Below, in pieces: positions 10,015 to 19,526 of a DNA stretch of 64,000 nucleotides (position 1 is its first letter; the number at the start of each line of letters is the position of its first letter). Source of the DNA: an uncultured bacterium (GTDB lineage: Bacteria; Bacillota; Clostridia; Peptostreptococcales; Anaerovoracaceae); the NCBI GenBank assembly GCA_905214195.1, contig CAJMLH010000005.1:315-64314 (forward strand), written 5' to 3'. The notes beneath the pieces were generated by a model. It did not search any database. It had not been told where the DNA came from and saw only the letters and a program-made list of their open reading frames with translations. Made by a program: the position numbers and the translations under genes.

Positions 10015-10743
10015 ATGGGAAGACACGGTACAATAGCCGGAAGAAAAGCAGCGCAAGACTCAAAAAGAGCTGCGATGTTTACTAAATATGCAAGAGCAAT
10101 TACAGTTGCAGCCAAGGACGGCGGCGACCCTGAATATAATGCTTCGTTAAGATTGGCAATAGAAAAAGCCAAAGCCATTTCCATGCCTAACGATAACATC
10201 AACAGAGCAATAAAAAAGGGAACAGGCGAAATGGCCGGTGAAACTTACGAAGAACTTAAATTTGAAGGTTACGGAGTAGCCGGAGTAGCCGTTATAGTAG
10301 AAGCTCTTACTGACAACAATAACAGAACCACTTCATCAGTAAGATCAACCTTTGACAAATACGGCGGCAATCTGGGAGCACCCGGATGTGTATCGTATAT
10401 GTTCTCAAGAAAAGGTATTATTCTTATAGAAAAAACAGATGATATAGATGAGGACACTTTACTTGAGGCAGCACTGGAAGCAGGTGCAGACGACATGATT
10501 GTTCACGATGACAGCTTTGAAATCGTAACAGACCCATCTGTACATACAGATGTCCATCATGCCCTTACAGATGCAGGATATGAAATAGCAGAATCCGATG
10601 TTGAGCAAGTTCCGTCAATGGAATCAACTCCGACAGACCCTGCTGATATCAAAAAATTAGCTAAGATGATAGAAGTTCTTGAAGATAATGATGATGTACA
10701 AAAAGTATATACAAATTGTGCCATAGATCTTTATGAGGAATAA
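10015..10743 (+). CDS. yebC: YebC/PmpR-family transcriptional regulator
   Basis: 242 aa; the YebC N-terminal region (MGRHGTIAGRKAAQDSKRAAMFTKYARAITVAAKDGGDPEYNASLRLAIEKAKAISMPNDNINRAIKKG) is conserved. Confidence 0.9.
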   Translation: MGRHGTIAGRKAAQDSKRAAMFTKYARAITVAAKDGGDPEYNASLRLAIEKAKAISMPNDNINRAIKKGTGEMAGETYEELKFEGYGVAGVAVIVEALTDNNNRTTSSVRSTFDKYGGNLGAPGCVSYMFSRKGIILIEKTDDIDEDTLLEAALEAGADDMIVHDDSFEIVTDPSVHTDVHHALTDAGYEIAESDVEQVPSMESTPTDPADIKKLAKMIEVLEDNDDVQKVYTNCAIDLYEE

Positions 10744-10759
10744 TTTATCTTCGATTTAC

Positions 10760-10952
10760 TTATAATTAAAATATTCCTGGGTTATGCGTTAGGGAATCAT
10801 AATTGAACCTACACTTTTGAATCGGGAATTCGGAGTTTTCAAAGCGTTATGTCAGGCCTCACTATCAGAGGAAGACAGAGGCAAGAAACAGAGTACCCAC
10901 CTATCTTTTGATAGGGCGTCAATTATCTCCCCGACGGTAACCCGGGTATTAA
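10760..10952 (+). promoter_or_regulatory. candidate structured leader / small RNA (unclassified) ending in terminator
   Basis: A 190-nt noncoding stretch with several local hairpins (cctatc-tttt-gatagg; taccc...gggta) and a purine-rich CAGAGG repeat. No RBS-supported ORF. Confidence 0.2.
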
Positions 10953-10984
10953 ATCCAACAGATTTCTGTTGGATTTTCTTTATT
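10953..10984 (+). terminator. intrinsic terminator (atccaacag-attt-ctgttggat + TTTTCTTTATT)
   Basis: 9-bp perfect stem followed by a T-rich tract. Confidence 0.6.
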
Positions 10985-11061
10985 AAGAAAAAATATATCA
11001 AGTTTATGAAAACCCAGGTAGAGCCACAGAAAAAATCAAACATAAATTACGGCAAATATTG

Positions 11062-11082
11062 TTTCACGCATACTTTGTGAAA
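11062..11082 (+). promoter_or_regulatory. palindromic candidate operator TTTCAC-N9-GTGAAA upstream of the FNT transporter gene
   Basis: Perfect 6-bp inverted half-sites, 100 nt upstream of the 11181 start, with a -10-like tattat/tagaat box nearby at about 11125-11140. Confidence 0.3.
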
Positions 11083-11180
11083 TATTTATAAATTTAACAA
11101 AAGGGGGTAGTCAAACACTCCCAAATATTATAGAATATAGCCGTTGATTAAACGCAAGGAAAAAGGTAAGGTAGAAAACA

Positions 11181-12023
11181 ATGAATCATTTAAAACCGGT
11201 AGAAATATTGGAACAAACAGTAAACAGCGGAATTGCAAAAGCAGGCGGTTCCTTTAGAAAACTTTTCATACTCGGAATATTAGCCGGAGCTTATATAGCA
11301 TTTGCGGGAGCAGCGGCAAATATGGGTGCTTTCAATCTCCTTCTTGAGGCCGGAACTTTTGGTCTGGGAAAGATATTATCAGGTACTATTTTTACAGGCG
11401 GAATAATAATGGTAACTTTGGCAGGGGCCGAACTCTTTACAGGCAACAGCCTTATGACTCTGTCGGTTTTAGAAAAGAAAGTAACAATATCTAAGCTTTT
11501 AAGAAACTGGATTATTGTTTACATAGCAAACTTTATAGGCAGCGTACTTATAGCATGGATGGTATGCAATACAGGAATACTTACATCAGGCAGCGATATG
11601 TTAGGTGCATTCACTGTAAAGGTGGCGGCAGGGAAAGTGAATATGACTTTCCTCCAATGCTTACTTTCCGGAATACTCTGCAACTGGCTTGTATGTCTTG
11701 CAGTATGGTCGGCAACGGGAGCTTCCACAACAGTAGGCAAAGTATTTGCGCTGTTTTTCCCTGTATGGCTTTTTGTAACAGGAGGATTTGAACACAGCGT
11801 AGCTAATATGTATTTTATACCGGCCGGAATATTCGCTTCACAAAATGAAGTCTTTGCAACACTTTCCGGTGCGGCACCTGAAGCTTTGGCAAATTTAACA
11901 TGGGAAGGCATGTTAGTAAATAACCTTCTTCCTGTAACCATAGGTAACATAATAGGCGGAGGCGTATTTGTAGCTACTGCATATTGGCTTGCACTAAAAG
12001 GAGGAAAAAACAATGTCAAGTAG
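11181..12023 (+). CDS. formate/nitrite transporter (FNT family channel)
   Basis: 280 aa, 6 TM FNT fold, N-terminus (KLFILGILAGAYIAFAGAAANMG) and a C-terminal half resembling FocA/NirC. Confidence 0.8.
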   Translation: MNHLKPVEILEQTVNSGIAKAGGSFRKLFILGILAGAYIAFAGAAANMGAFNLLLEAGTFGLGKILSGTIFTGGIIMVTLAGAELFTGNSLMTLSVLEKKVTISKLLRNWIIVYIANFIGSVLIAWMVCNTGILTSGSDMLGAFTVKVAAGKVNMTFLQCLLSGILCNWLVCLAVWSATGASTTVGKVFALFFPVWLFVTGGFEHSVANMYFIPAGIFASQNEVFATLSGAAPEALANLTWEGMLVNNLLPVTIGNIIGGGVFVATAYWLALKGGKNNVK

Positions 12024-13617
12024 GCAGCTTACTGTAAGGGGACTGATAATAGGAGCCATAGGAAGCGTAATACTTACTATGAGTTCAATGTTCATAGCAT
12101 TAAAGCTAAGCTCGGTGCCATGGCCGATAATGTTTGTAGTGCTTGTTTCAATGTTTGTTTTGAAGTTGTGCGGCAATACTAATCTTCAGGAAATAAATGT
12201 TACTCAGACAGCAATGTCGGCAGGAGCTATGGTTGCAGGAGGGCTGGCATTTACTATTCCGGGAATATGGATGTTAAATCCCGATGCAGATGTAAGTCTT
12301 GGGGAGCTGCTTGCAGTTACTCTTGGCGGAGTTGTTTTAGGTCTGATATTTACTGCTTTGTTCAGAAAATATTTTATTGAAACAAAAGAATTACCATTTG
12401 CCATGGGGCAGGCTGCCGCAGCAACTTTAGAAGTAAGCGATAAAGGCTCCAAAAAGGTGATAATGCTGTTCTCTTCAATGGCAGCTGCCGGAATATTTAC
12501 TTACCTGAGAGATTGGAAGATGAAAATTGCTTCCACGATTTTAAGTACAAAGACAGCAGTCTACGGCTCATTTATGGGAATATGGCTGTCTCCGATGTTG
12601 ATTTCCATAGGATATATAATTGGACCTGTAGTAATAGGTGTTTGGTTCTTAGGAGCACTGATAGGAGATTTCGGTATACTGATTGGCGGAGTTGAATTGG
12701 GACTATGGGATTCTGTAGTAGCGGCAAATATTAAGTCTTCCCTTGGAATCGGACTTATGGTAGGAACGGGAATAGGTATCCTGATAAAAGGAATTATCCC
12801 TAAAGCTAAGGACATATTCGGCTCTATGTTTGCAAAAGATCGACTTGGCGATAACTTTATAAATATGCGTTGGGCACCTTTGATAATGGCTTTGTTGGCA
12901 TTTGTATTTACAATCGTTACAGACATGGGCGTAATTGCATCTGTTGTTACCATACTTGGCGCATGGCTGACTACATCTATGGCAGCACAATGCGTAGGAC
13001 AGTCAGGAATAAATCCGATGGAAATTTTCGGAATAATCGTCCTTATAGCAACTAAGGCTGTATCTGATATCGGCGAGGTAGAAGCATTTTTTGTTGCGGC
13101 GGTTATAGCTGTTGCATGTGGCCTGGTCGGCGATGTAATGAATGATTTTAAAGCCGGACATATGCTTCACACAGATCCGAAATCTCAGTGGATAGCAGAA
13201 GTCGTTGGCGGTCTTATAGGCGGAGTAGTATCGGTTTTAATACTCTTTGTAATATTAAAAGCATACGGCCCTGAAGCTTTCGGAAGCGAAATGTTCCCGG
13301 CTGCTCAAGCATCTGCCGTGGCAGCTATGGTTGGAGGTATTTCAAACATGCCTGCATTTATAATAGGACTTATTGTTGCAACTTTACTTTATTGTATCAA
13401 TTTTCCTGTTATTACTTTGGGACTCGGCGTATATTTGCCGTTCTACCTTTCAGCTACGGCAACAATAGGCGGAGCAATAAGATTTGCAGTTGACAAGCTG
13501 GCACCTAAATTTGAAGAAGACGGTAAGGGAACTATAATAGCCTCCGGTCTTTTGGGAGGGGAATCAATAGTAGGCGTAATAATAGCAATGTATTATGCTT
13601 ATCAAATAATAGCATAA
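12013..13617 (+). CDS. polytopic membrane transporter, OPT (oligopeptide transporter) superfamily-like
   Basis: 534 aa, about 14 TM segments, Gly/Ala-rich helices. The 11-nt overlap with the FNT gene implies translational coupling. The family assignment rests on resemblance only. Confidence 0.45.
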   Translation: MSSRQLTVRGLIIGAIGSVILTMSSMFIALKLSSVPWPIMFVVLVSMFVLKLCGNTNLQEINVTQTAMSAGAMVAGGLAFTIPGIWMLNPDADVSLGELLAVTLGGVVLGLIFTALFRKYFIETKELPFAMGQAAAATLEVSDKGSKKVIMLFSSMAAAGIFTYLRDWKMKIASTILSTKTAVYGSFMGIWLSPMLISIGYIIGPVVIGVWFLGALIGDFGILIGGVELGLWDSVVAANIKSSLGIGLMVGTGIGILIKGIIPKAKDIFGSMFAKDRLGDNFINMRWAPLIMALLAFVFTIVTDMGVIASVVTILGAWLTTSMAAQCVGQSGINPMEIFGIIVLIATKAVSDIGEVEAFFVAAVIAVACGLVGDVMNDFKAGHMLHTDPKSQWIAEVVGGLIGGVVSVLILFVILKAYGPEAFGSEMFPAAQASAVAAMVGGISNMPAFIIGLIVATLLYCINFPVITLGLGVYLPFYLSATATIGGAIRFAVDKLAPKFEEDGKGTIIASGLLGGESIVGVIIAMYYAYQIIA

Positions 13618-13634
13618 AGAAAGACGGGTATTTT

Positions 13635-16295
13635 ATGGAAAGAAGGATTGTTATAATAGATGGAAACAGCCTTATAAACAGGGCTTTTTATGCAGTACAA
13701 AGACCGATGATAACCAAGGAGGGTATTTACACTCAAGGTGTTTACGGATTTTTGAACATGCTGCAAAAAATAGAAAATGACTACAAACCTGAGTATCTCA
13801 CTGTAGCATTCGACTTAAAAGCGCCCACTTTCCGACATATCGAATATAAAGAATATAAGGCAGGACGAAAAGCAATGCCTCCTGAACTTGTGATGCAGAT
13901 GCCTATAGTCAAAGATGTCCTTAGAGCGATGAATATAGAAATTTTAGAACTTGAAGGATATGAGGCTGATGACATTATAGGAACAGTCGCAAAAAAGGCT
14001 GAAGAAGCGAATATAAACGCACTTGTAATTACCGGAGATAAGGACGCTTTGCAGCTGGTTTCAGACAAGACTGAAGTTTTAATAACTAAAAAAGGCATAA
14101 CAGATTTCGAGCTTTATGATACAGATAAGATAAGAGAAAGATACAATCTTACTCCTCAGCAATTTATAGACTTAAAAGGACTTATGGGAGACTCATCCGA
14201 CAATATACCGGGAATCCCCGGTGTCGGCGAAAAGACAGGAATCAAGCTTTTGGAACAGTTTGGCTCAATAGAAAATATGCTTGCGCATACAGATGAAATT
14301 TCGGCGCAAAAGCTTAGAACAAAAGTGGAAGAAAACGCACAGCTTGCAATCCTCAGCAGAAGACTTGCCACCATAAATACAGCCGTTCCAATGGACATAG
14401 ATATAGAAATGTTCAAAATGAAAGAACCGGACTATGGTAAACTCATAGAGCTTTATACGAAACTTGAGTTTAACAGTTTTTTGAAAAAGCTGAAAATCAC
14501 TCCTGAACAAAGCGTTCCTGCATTTAAAGAACGAACTGTAAAAAAAGTAATCATAGATTCAAAGGAAAACCTTGAACTTTTGTCGCAGCTACAGGGAAAA
14601 GACAGAGTATATATCAAAGTTTTCGGAAATATCAGCCATATAGAAACCCCATTTATAGAAAGTGTATTTCTGATGGATAATGACAATGCCTTTCTTGTTG
14701 ACGCTGTTGCCGCAGGTTGTAATGCTTTGGCAGATAAGCTGAATTCTTTACAGCTGAATATCATGGGTTATGAAATTAAAAATGATATATATGCTCTTAA
14801 ATTTTACGGATTTAAAGAGTATAATATAGTTTTTGATAATTCGATAGCTGAATATGTTCTTGATCCGTCAAGAAACAAGTATGAACTCAAAAATATTGCT
14901 CTCGAACGGTTGCATTGTGACATAGACACAGACCAGAATCCTGTTTCACAGGGAAATCAAATAGATTTGTTTCACGACAGCAATAAAGATATGTTAGATT
15001 ACGGGCTTAAGATAGGTTCTGTTTCTATGGCTCTTATGGATATAGAAATGGAAGAGATAAAAGCCAACAATCTTAATCTTGTGTTCGAGGAAGCCGAACT
15101 TCCTCTTATTGAAGTTCTTGCATCCATGGAATTTGAAGGTGTTAAGGTTAACAGTTCTTTCATCGAAAACTTTGGAGAAGAACTAAAAGAGAAAATAAGC
15201 TTGCTTGAAAAAGATATATATATTAGAGCAGGTAAAGAATTTAATATAAATTCACCTATGCAGCTTGGAAATGTATTGTTTGGTGACATGGAACTTCCGT
15301 TTTTCGGTAAAAAGACCAAAAGAGGGTACAGCACAAGCGCAGAAGTCCTGGAAAAAATAAGAGATAAAGACCCTATAGTAAATATGGTTCTTGAATACAG
15401 AAATCTTACTAAGCTTAACTCTACATATGTAGAGGGAATGAAGCCACTTATTGGAAAAGACGGAAAGATAAGAGCGCATTTTCAGCAGACTGTAACTGCA
15501 ACCGGAAGAATCAGCTGTACCGAACCTAATCTTCAAAATATCCCCATAAGACAGGAGCTGGGAAGAAATTTAAGAAAGGCTTTTGTTGCAGATGATGAGG
15601 AACATATCTTAATAGGAGCAGATTACTCACAAATAGAATTGAGAGTGTTAGCCCATCTGTCAGGAGATGAAGAACTTATAGCTGCTTTTAACAGAGGCGA
15701 CGATATACACAAGCTTACAGCATCAAGAGTTCTTGGAATTCCGTTCGACGAGGTAACATCTCAGGAAAGAAGCAGAGCCAAGGCAGTAAATTTCGGCGTA
15801 ATATATGGAATGAGCGGTTTCGGACTTAGTGAAGAACTTCAAATTTCAAGAAAAGAAGCAGAAAATTATATAAACGACTATTTTGACAAACATAAAAAAG
15901 TAAAAGAATATATGGATAACCAGATTGCAAGCTGTAAAGAAAAGGGATATTCCGAGACAATATTAGGTCGGAAAAGACCTATTCACGAAATAAATGCCTC
16001 AGCCTATATGGTAAGGCAGCTTGGTGAAAGGCTTGCAATGAACAGTCCGATACAAGGCAGTGCAGCGGATATAATCAAAGTTGCCATGGTAAAGGTTCAC
16101 AACAGCCTTAGAGCCCGTTTCCCCGAAACAAAGCTTATATTGCAGGTACATGATGAACTGATACTTTGTGTACCTAAAAAGGACGAAGAAGCTGTGAGGG
16201 AATTATTGAAAAATGACATGCAAGAAGCCGTAAAGCTATCGGTAAAGTTGGTAGCAGATGTTAATGAAGGATACACATGGTACGATTTGAAATAA
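13635..16295 (+). CDS. polA: DNA polymerase I
   Basis: 886 aa. It has a 5'-3' exonuclease N-terminus (IIDGNSLINRAFYA) and C-terminal polymerase motifs A/B/C (DYSQIELRVLAHLS, QVHDELI). Confidence 0.95.
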   Translation: MERRIVIIDGNSLINRAFYAVQRPMITKEGIYTQGVYGFLNMLQKIENDYKPEYLTVAFDLKAPTFRHIEYKEYKAGRKAMPPELVMQMPIVKDVLRAMNIEILELEGYEADDIIGTVAKKAEEANINALVITGDKDALQLVSDKTEVLITKKGITDFELYDTDKIRERYNLTPQQFIDLKGLMGDSSDNIPGIPGVGEKTGIKLLEQFGSIENMLAHTDEISAQKLRTKVEENAQLAILSRRLATINTAVPMDIDIEMFKMKEPDYGKLIELYTKLEFNSFLKKLKITPEQSVPAFKERTVKKVIIDSKENLELLSQLQGKDRVYIKVFGNISHIETPFIESVFLMDNDNAFLVDAVAAGCNALADKLNSLQLNIMGYEIKNDIYALKFYGFKEYNIVFDNSIAEYVLDPSRNKYELKNIALERLHCDIDTDQNPVSQGNQIDLFHDSNKDMLDYGLKIGSVSMALMDIEMEEIKANNLNLVFEEAELPLIEVLASMEFEGVKVNSSFIENFGEELKEKISLLEKDIYIRAGKEFNINSPMQLGNVLFGDMELPFFGKKTKRGYSTSAEVLEKIRDKDPIVNMVLEYRNLTKLNSTYVEGMKPLIGKDGKIRAHFQQTVTATGRISCTEPNLQNIPIRQELGRNLRKAFVADDEEHILIGADYSQIELRVLAHLSGDEELIAAFNRGDDIHKLTASRVLGIPFDEVTSQERSRAKAVNFGVIYGMSGFGLSEELQISRKEAENYINDYFDKHKKVKEYMDNQIASCKEKGYSETILGRKRPIHEINASAYMVRQLGERLAMNSPIQGSAADIIKVAMVKVHNSLRARFPETKLILQVHDELILCVPKKDEEAVRELLKNDMQEAVKLSVKLVADVNEGYTWYDLK

Positions 16296-16299
16296 CGAT

Positions 16300-16902
16300 A
16301 TGAAGACAATAGGTTTAACAGGTGGTATAGGAACCGGAAAAACAACAGTTTCCGAATACTTAAAAGAAAAAGGATGCGTAATAATAGACGCAGATAAAAT
16401 TTCAAGAGAAATGACGGAAAAGGACTCTCCCGCTTTGGATGAGATAAAACAAAGTTTTGGAGAAAAATATATATCAAAAGAAGGTAATCTCGAAAGAAAA
16501 TTATTGGGAGATCTTGTCTTTAATGACCCAAAAGCTCTGGAAAAATTACAGGCCATCATAACAAAAAAGGTTGAACAAAAAATCGACTCTATGTTAAAAC
16601 AATTAAAGAAGAAAGATAATGACGATATAGTTGTAATTGATGCGCCGCTTCTGTTTGAATGCGGTATGGAATCGGTCGCCGATGAAAATTGGCTTGTTAC
16701 GGCAGATACAGACATTCGTATAGACAGAGTAAAAAGGCGTGACGGATTGTCGGAAAAACAAATTATTGACAGAATAAACAATCAGATGTCTGAAGCTGAA
16801 AAAAGGGGAAAGAGCCGGTATATTATTGATAATTCCGGAACTGTTGAAGAGCTTTACATGCAGATAGATAAGATACTCGAAAGGATAAGAGATGAATTTT
16901 AA
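16300..16902 (+). CDS. coaE: dephospho-CoA kinase
   Basis: 200 aa with the P-loop GLTGGIGTGKTTVS. Confidence 0.9.
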   Translation: MKTIGLTGGIGTGKTTVSEYLKEKGCVIIDADKISREMTEKDSPALDEIKQSFGEKYISKEGNLERKLLGDLVFNDPKALEKLQAIITKKVEQKIDSMLKQLKKKDNDDIVVIDAPLLFECGMESVADENWLVTADTDIRIDRVKRRDGLSEKQIIDRINNQMSEAEKRGKSRYIIDNSGTVEELYMQIDKILERIRDEF

Positions 16903-18550
16903 CAAGGATGAAATGTCTGAAAAAAAATGGTTTATATTTTTACAAAAATATTGGCTATATATTGTTGTAATTATTGCTGTGATAGTAGTCGCTTTATCCA
17001 GCGTCAAAATATACAGAGAAGAAATACTGGAAATAGATCCGGATATAAAGACTGAGCCTCAAACAACACTTTCGTTTGCATCGGCTCATTTAGACACATT
17101 AAATCCGATAACCTCAAAATCGGAAGACACTTATTACATTTCAAAACTGATTTACAATGGTCTGTTTGATTATACGGATAACTTGAATGTAGCAGGAGAT
17201 TTGGCGGAAAGTTATACTGTAGATACAGAAAATGCATATATCGACATCACCCTTAAACAAGGCATACTTTGGCACAGCGGAGATGCTTTGAATGCTAAGG
17301 ATGTCAGCTTTACTGTAAATGCTATAAAATCATACGGTTCCGACGGTCTTTATTATGAAAAGGCATCAAGAATAAAAAATGTAAATGTCAAGGATGACAA
17401 CAACCTTAGAATATATTTCAACAACGCAGAGGATTGTTCTCTCGATGCCCTTGTATTTCCCATACTCCCAAGAAACGAATATAAAAGCGCATCGGCTCTT
17501 ATAAAAGAAACAGATAATTTTATTCCTGTAGGTACGGGAATGTACAAATATTCGTCCTATGATTCACTGAAAGAACTTAAACTGGAAGCTAATGAATCCT
17601 TTTTTGACACGAGGGCACAAAACAGTATAAGTATAAAAATTATGCCTGAAAAGTCCATGGCTCCCAATATGCTGGAAATAGGTTCTGTAACATGTTATAC
17701 AGATATAGGCTCAGACAGAAAATCTCTCGTTGAAGATAAAGAACTTGTCATGTACGATATGGTTTCAAACGATGTGGATTTTATAGTGTTTAATACTGAT
17801 AACCCGCTTCTTGCCTCGAAAGGGGTAAGAAAAAGCATTTGCTATGCAATAGACGAAAACAGTATTTTAAGTGAAGGCTATATGGACGACGGAGTTTTGA
17901 CGGATACAATATATTATCCCGGTTTTTTGGGGGTGGCCGACTCTAAGCAAACATATGCTTTTGACAGAGATAAAGCTGCCGAAATTTTGGCAAAAGAAGG
18001 ATATGAAGACAAAGATTTAAATGGCAGACTTGAAGATGAAGAGGGAAAAGAAGTTCCTCTGACATTACTGGTCAACAACAATAATGCCAACAGAATTGCA
18101 GCAGCGAGAATAATGGAAAAAAATCTTCAACAAGCGGGCTTTAATGTATCTATAAATTCTGTGGGCTGGGAAGAATACAGTGAACTTATAGAAGAAAAGG
18201 AGTTTGATATTTTGCTTACAGGTTATGAGATGGAAGCATCATATGATTTGAGAACTTTCTTTGACGGAACAAACCCATGGTCTTATGAAAATCCCGAACT
18301 TCTTGAGAAAGTAAAGGAACTTGACAAACTTCATACTATAGAAGAATACACTTCTATATATTCAGATGTTAAAAAAAATCTGATAGATGAAGCTCAGTAT
18401 TATCCTTTGTGTTATAAAAAAATGGGATTGATAGGTGTAGATACATTTGAGGCCGTAAAATTGCCTATGTTTAACAACATATACAAAAATTGTAATACAT
18501 GGTCATGGAAGAAAAAAATAGCTGAAGAAAAAAATATTGAAAATTCTTAA
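16892..18550 (+). CDS. ABC-type substrate-binding protein, family 5 (peptide/nickel-binding fold), membrane-anchored orphan
   Basis: 552 aa with an N-terminal TM anchor and an SBP_bac_5-like body. No cognate permease or ATPase genes are adjacent. Confidence 0.65.
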   Translation: MNFNKDEMSEKKWFIFLQKYWLYIVVIIAVIVVALSSVKIYREEILEIDPDIKTEPQTTLSFASAHLDTLNPITSKSEDTYYISKLIYNGLFDYTDNLNVAGDLAESYTVDTENAYIDITLKQGILWHSGDALNAKDVSFTVNAIKSYGSDGLYYEKASRIKNVNVKDDNNLRIYFNNAEDCSLDALVFPILPRNEYKSASALIKETDNFIPVGTGMYKYSSYDSLKELKLEANESFFDTRAQNSISIKIMPEKSMAPNMLEIGSVTCYTDIGSDRKSLVEDKELVMYDMVSNDVDFIVFNTDNPLLASKGVRKSICYAIDENSILSEGYMDDGVLTDTIYYPGFLGVADSKQTYAFDRDKAAEILAKEGYEDKDLNGRLEDEEGKEVPLTLLVNNNNANRIAAARIMEKNLQQAGFNVSINSVGWEEYSELIEEKEFDILLTGYEMEASYDLRTFFDGTNPWSYENPELLEKVKELDKLHTIEEYTSIYSDVKKNLIDEAQYYPLCYKKMGLIGVDTFEAVKLPMFNNIYKNCNTWSWKKKIAEEKNIENS

Positions 18551-18603
18551 AATAAATGTTTGCAATATGACATAATGTATGGTACGATAGTATCATTGTG
18601 TGG

Positions 18604-18690
18604 GCCGGCGTGATGGAATTGGCAGACGTGCAGGACTCAAAATCCTGTGGTGGCAACACCGTATGGGTTCGACCCCCATCGCCGGCACCA
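18604..18690 (+). tRNA. tRNA-Leu (anticodon CAA), type II with long variable arm, CCA encoded
   Basis: Acceptor stem GCCGGCG/CGCCGGC, anticodon stem-loop CAGGA-CUCAAAA-UCCUG, variable hairpin TGGTG-GCAA-CACCG, T-loop TTCGACC, 3' ACCA. Confidence 0.9.
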
Positions 18691-18732
18691 ATAATATTGC
18701 GGTATTACATTCACTTAGGAGGATTTTATAGT

Positions 18733-19125
18733 ATGCAACAACTTATGAGCTTGGCACCATTACTGATACTTATTATTGCGATGTATTTCCTGATGATAAG
18801 ACCTCAGAGAAAAAAAGATAAACAGATTCAGGAGATGAGAAACAATCTTCAGGTAGGTGACGAAATCGTTACTATCGGAGGAATCTGCGGAAAGATTGTA
18901 AAGACCAAAGACGAAACAATAGTTATTCAGGTAGGCGCCGATAAACTGAAATTTGAAATGATGCGTTGGTCTGTTTCAACTGTTACCAATCCAAGCAACA
19001 GACCTGCTAAGGCTGAAGAATCCAGTGTTGATGAAGAAGTAAAAAAGGTTGTACCTAAGAAATTAAAAAAAGCTTCTGACATCGAAGAGAATACTGAAGA
19101 AAAAAAAGAAGCTGACGAACAGTAA
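18733..19125 (+). CDS. yajC: preprotein translocase subunit YajC
   Basis: MQQLMSLAPLLILIIAMYFLMIRPQRKKDKQ... with RBS AGGAGG upstream. The ORF-track start at 18598 overlaps the tRNA and is an artefact. Confidence 0.85.
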   Translation: MQQLMSLAPLLILIIAMYFLMIRPQRKKDKQIQEMRNNLQVGDEIVTIGGICGKIVKTKDETIVIQVGADKLKFEMMRWSVSTVTNPSNRPAKAEESSVDEEVKKVVPKKLKKASDIEENTEEKKEADEQ

Positions 19126-19150
19126 TAATATATTATAAACAATATTAACA

Positions 19151-19177
19151 AAACCTGCTTTTAAAAGCAGGTTTTTT
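19151..19177 (+). terminator. intrinsic terminator after yajC (aaacctgctt-ttaa-aagcaggttt + TTTTTT)
   Basis: 10-bp perfect stem plus a T-tract. Confidence 0.75.
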
Positions 19178-19402
19178 AGTTATGTGCTAAATATTTAGGG
19201 GCATATGTTAAATATTTATTTCAAGCAAAATTCGGACAAAAATCAGCATGGAAGAGGCTCATAAGTCACTCCTATATATATATATTGTGACATTTACAAG
19301 ATGTATTCTGTGAAATAATACAAAATACTGAGATACTTACCAATATTACAGGATTTATCAACAAAACTCACACATTGCTTTATGATAAAAAGAAGTATTT
19401 TT

Positions 19403-19432
19403 CTTGTAAAATAAGCCAAAAAGTAGTACAAT
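19403..19432 (+). promoter_or_regulatory. sigma-A-like promoter candidate for secDF (TTGTAA - 17 nt - TACAAT)
   Basis: Hexamers read directly from sequence, about 95 nt upstream of the secDF start. Confidence 0.35.
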
Positions 19433-19526
19433 ATAATGTAAAATAAAATGCCTATATTATGTACAAAAGGTATTAAAAATATAATGATAACCCAATAATA
19501 AAGGGAGAAGAGAGGTTTTAACAGTT

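Noticed and set aside
10817-11080. 87-aa + strand ORF inside the yebC-FNT intergenic region
   Set aside because: It has no Shine-Dalgarno sequence, runs straight through the terminator hairpin and palindrome, and its composition is not protein-like. The region is better explained as regulatory or noncoding.
18598-18732. N-terminal extension of the yajC ORF in the six-frame track
   Set aside because: The extension is the tRNA-Leu gene read in a protein frame. The real yajC starts at ATG 18733 behind an AGGAGG RBS.
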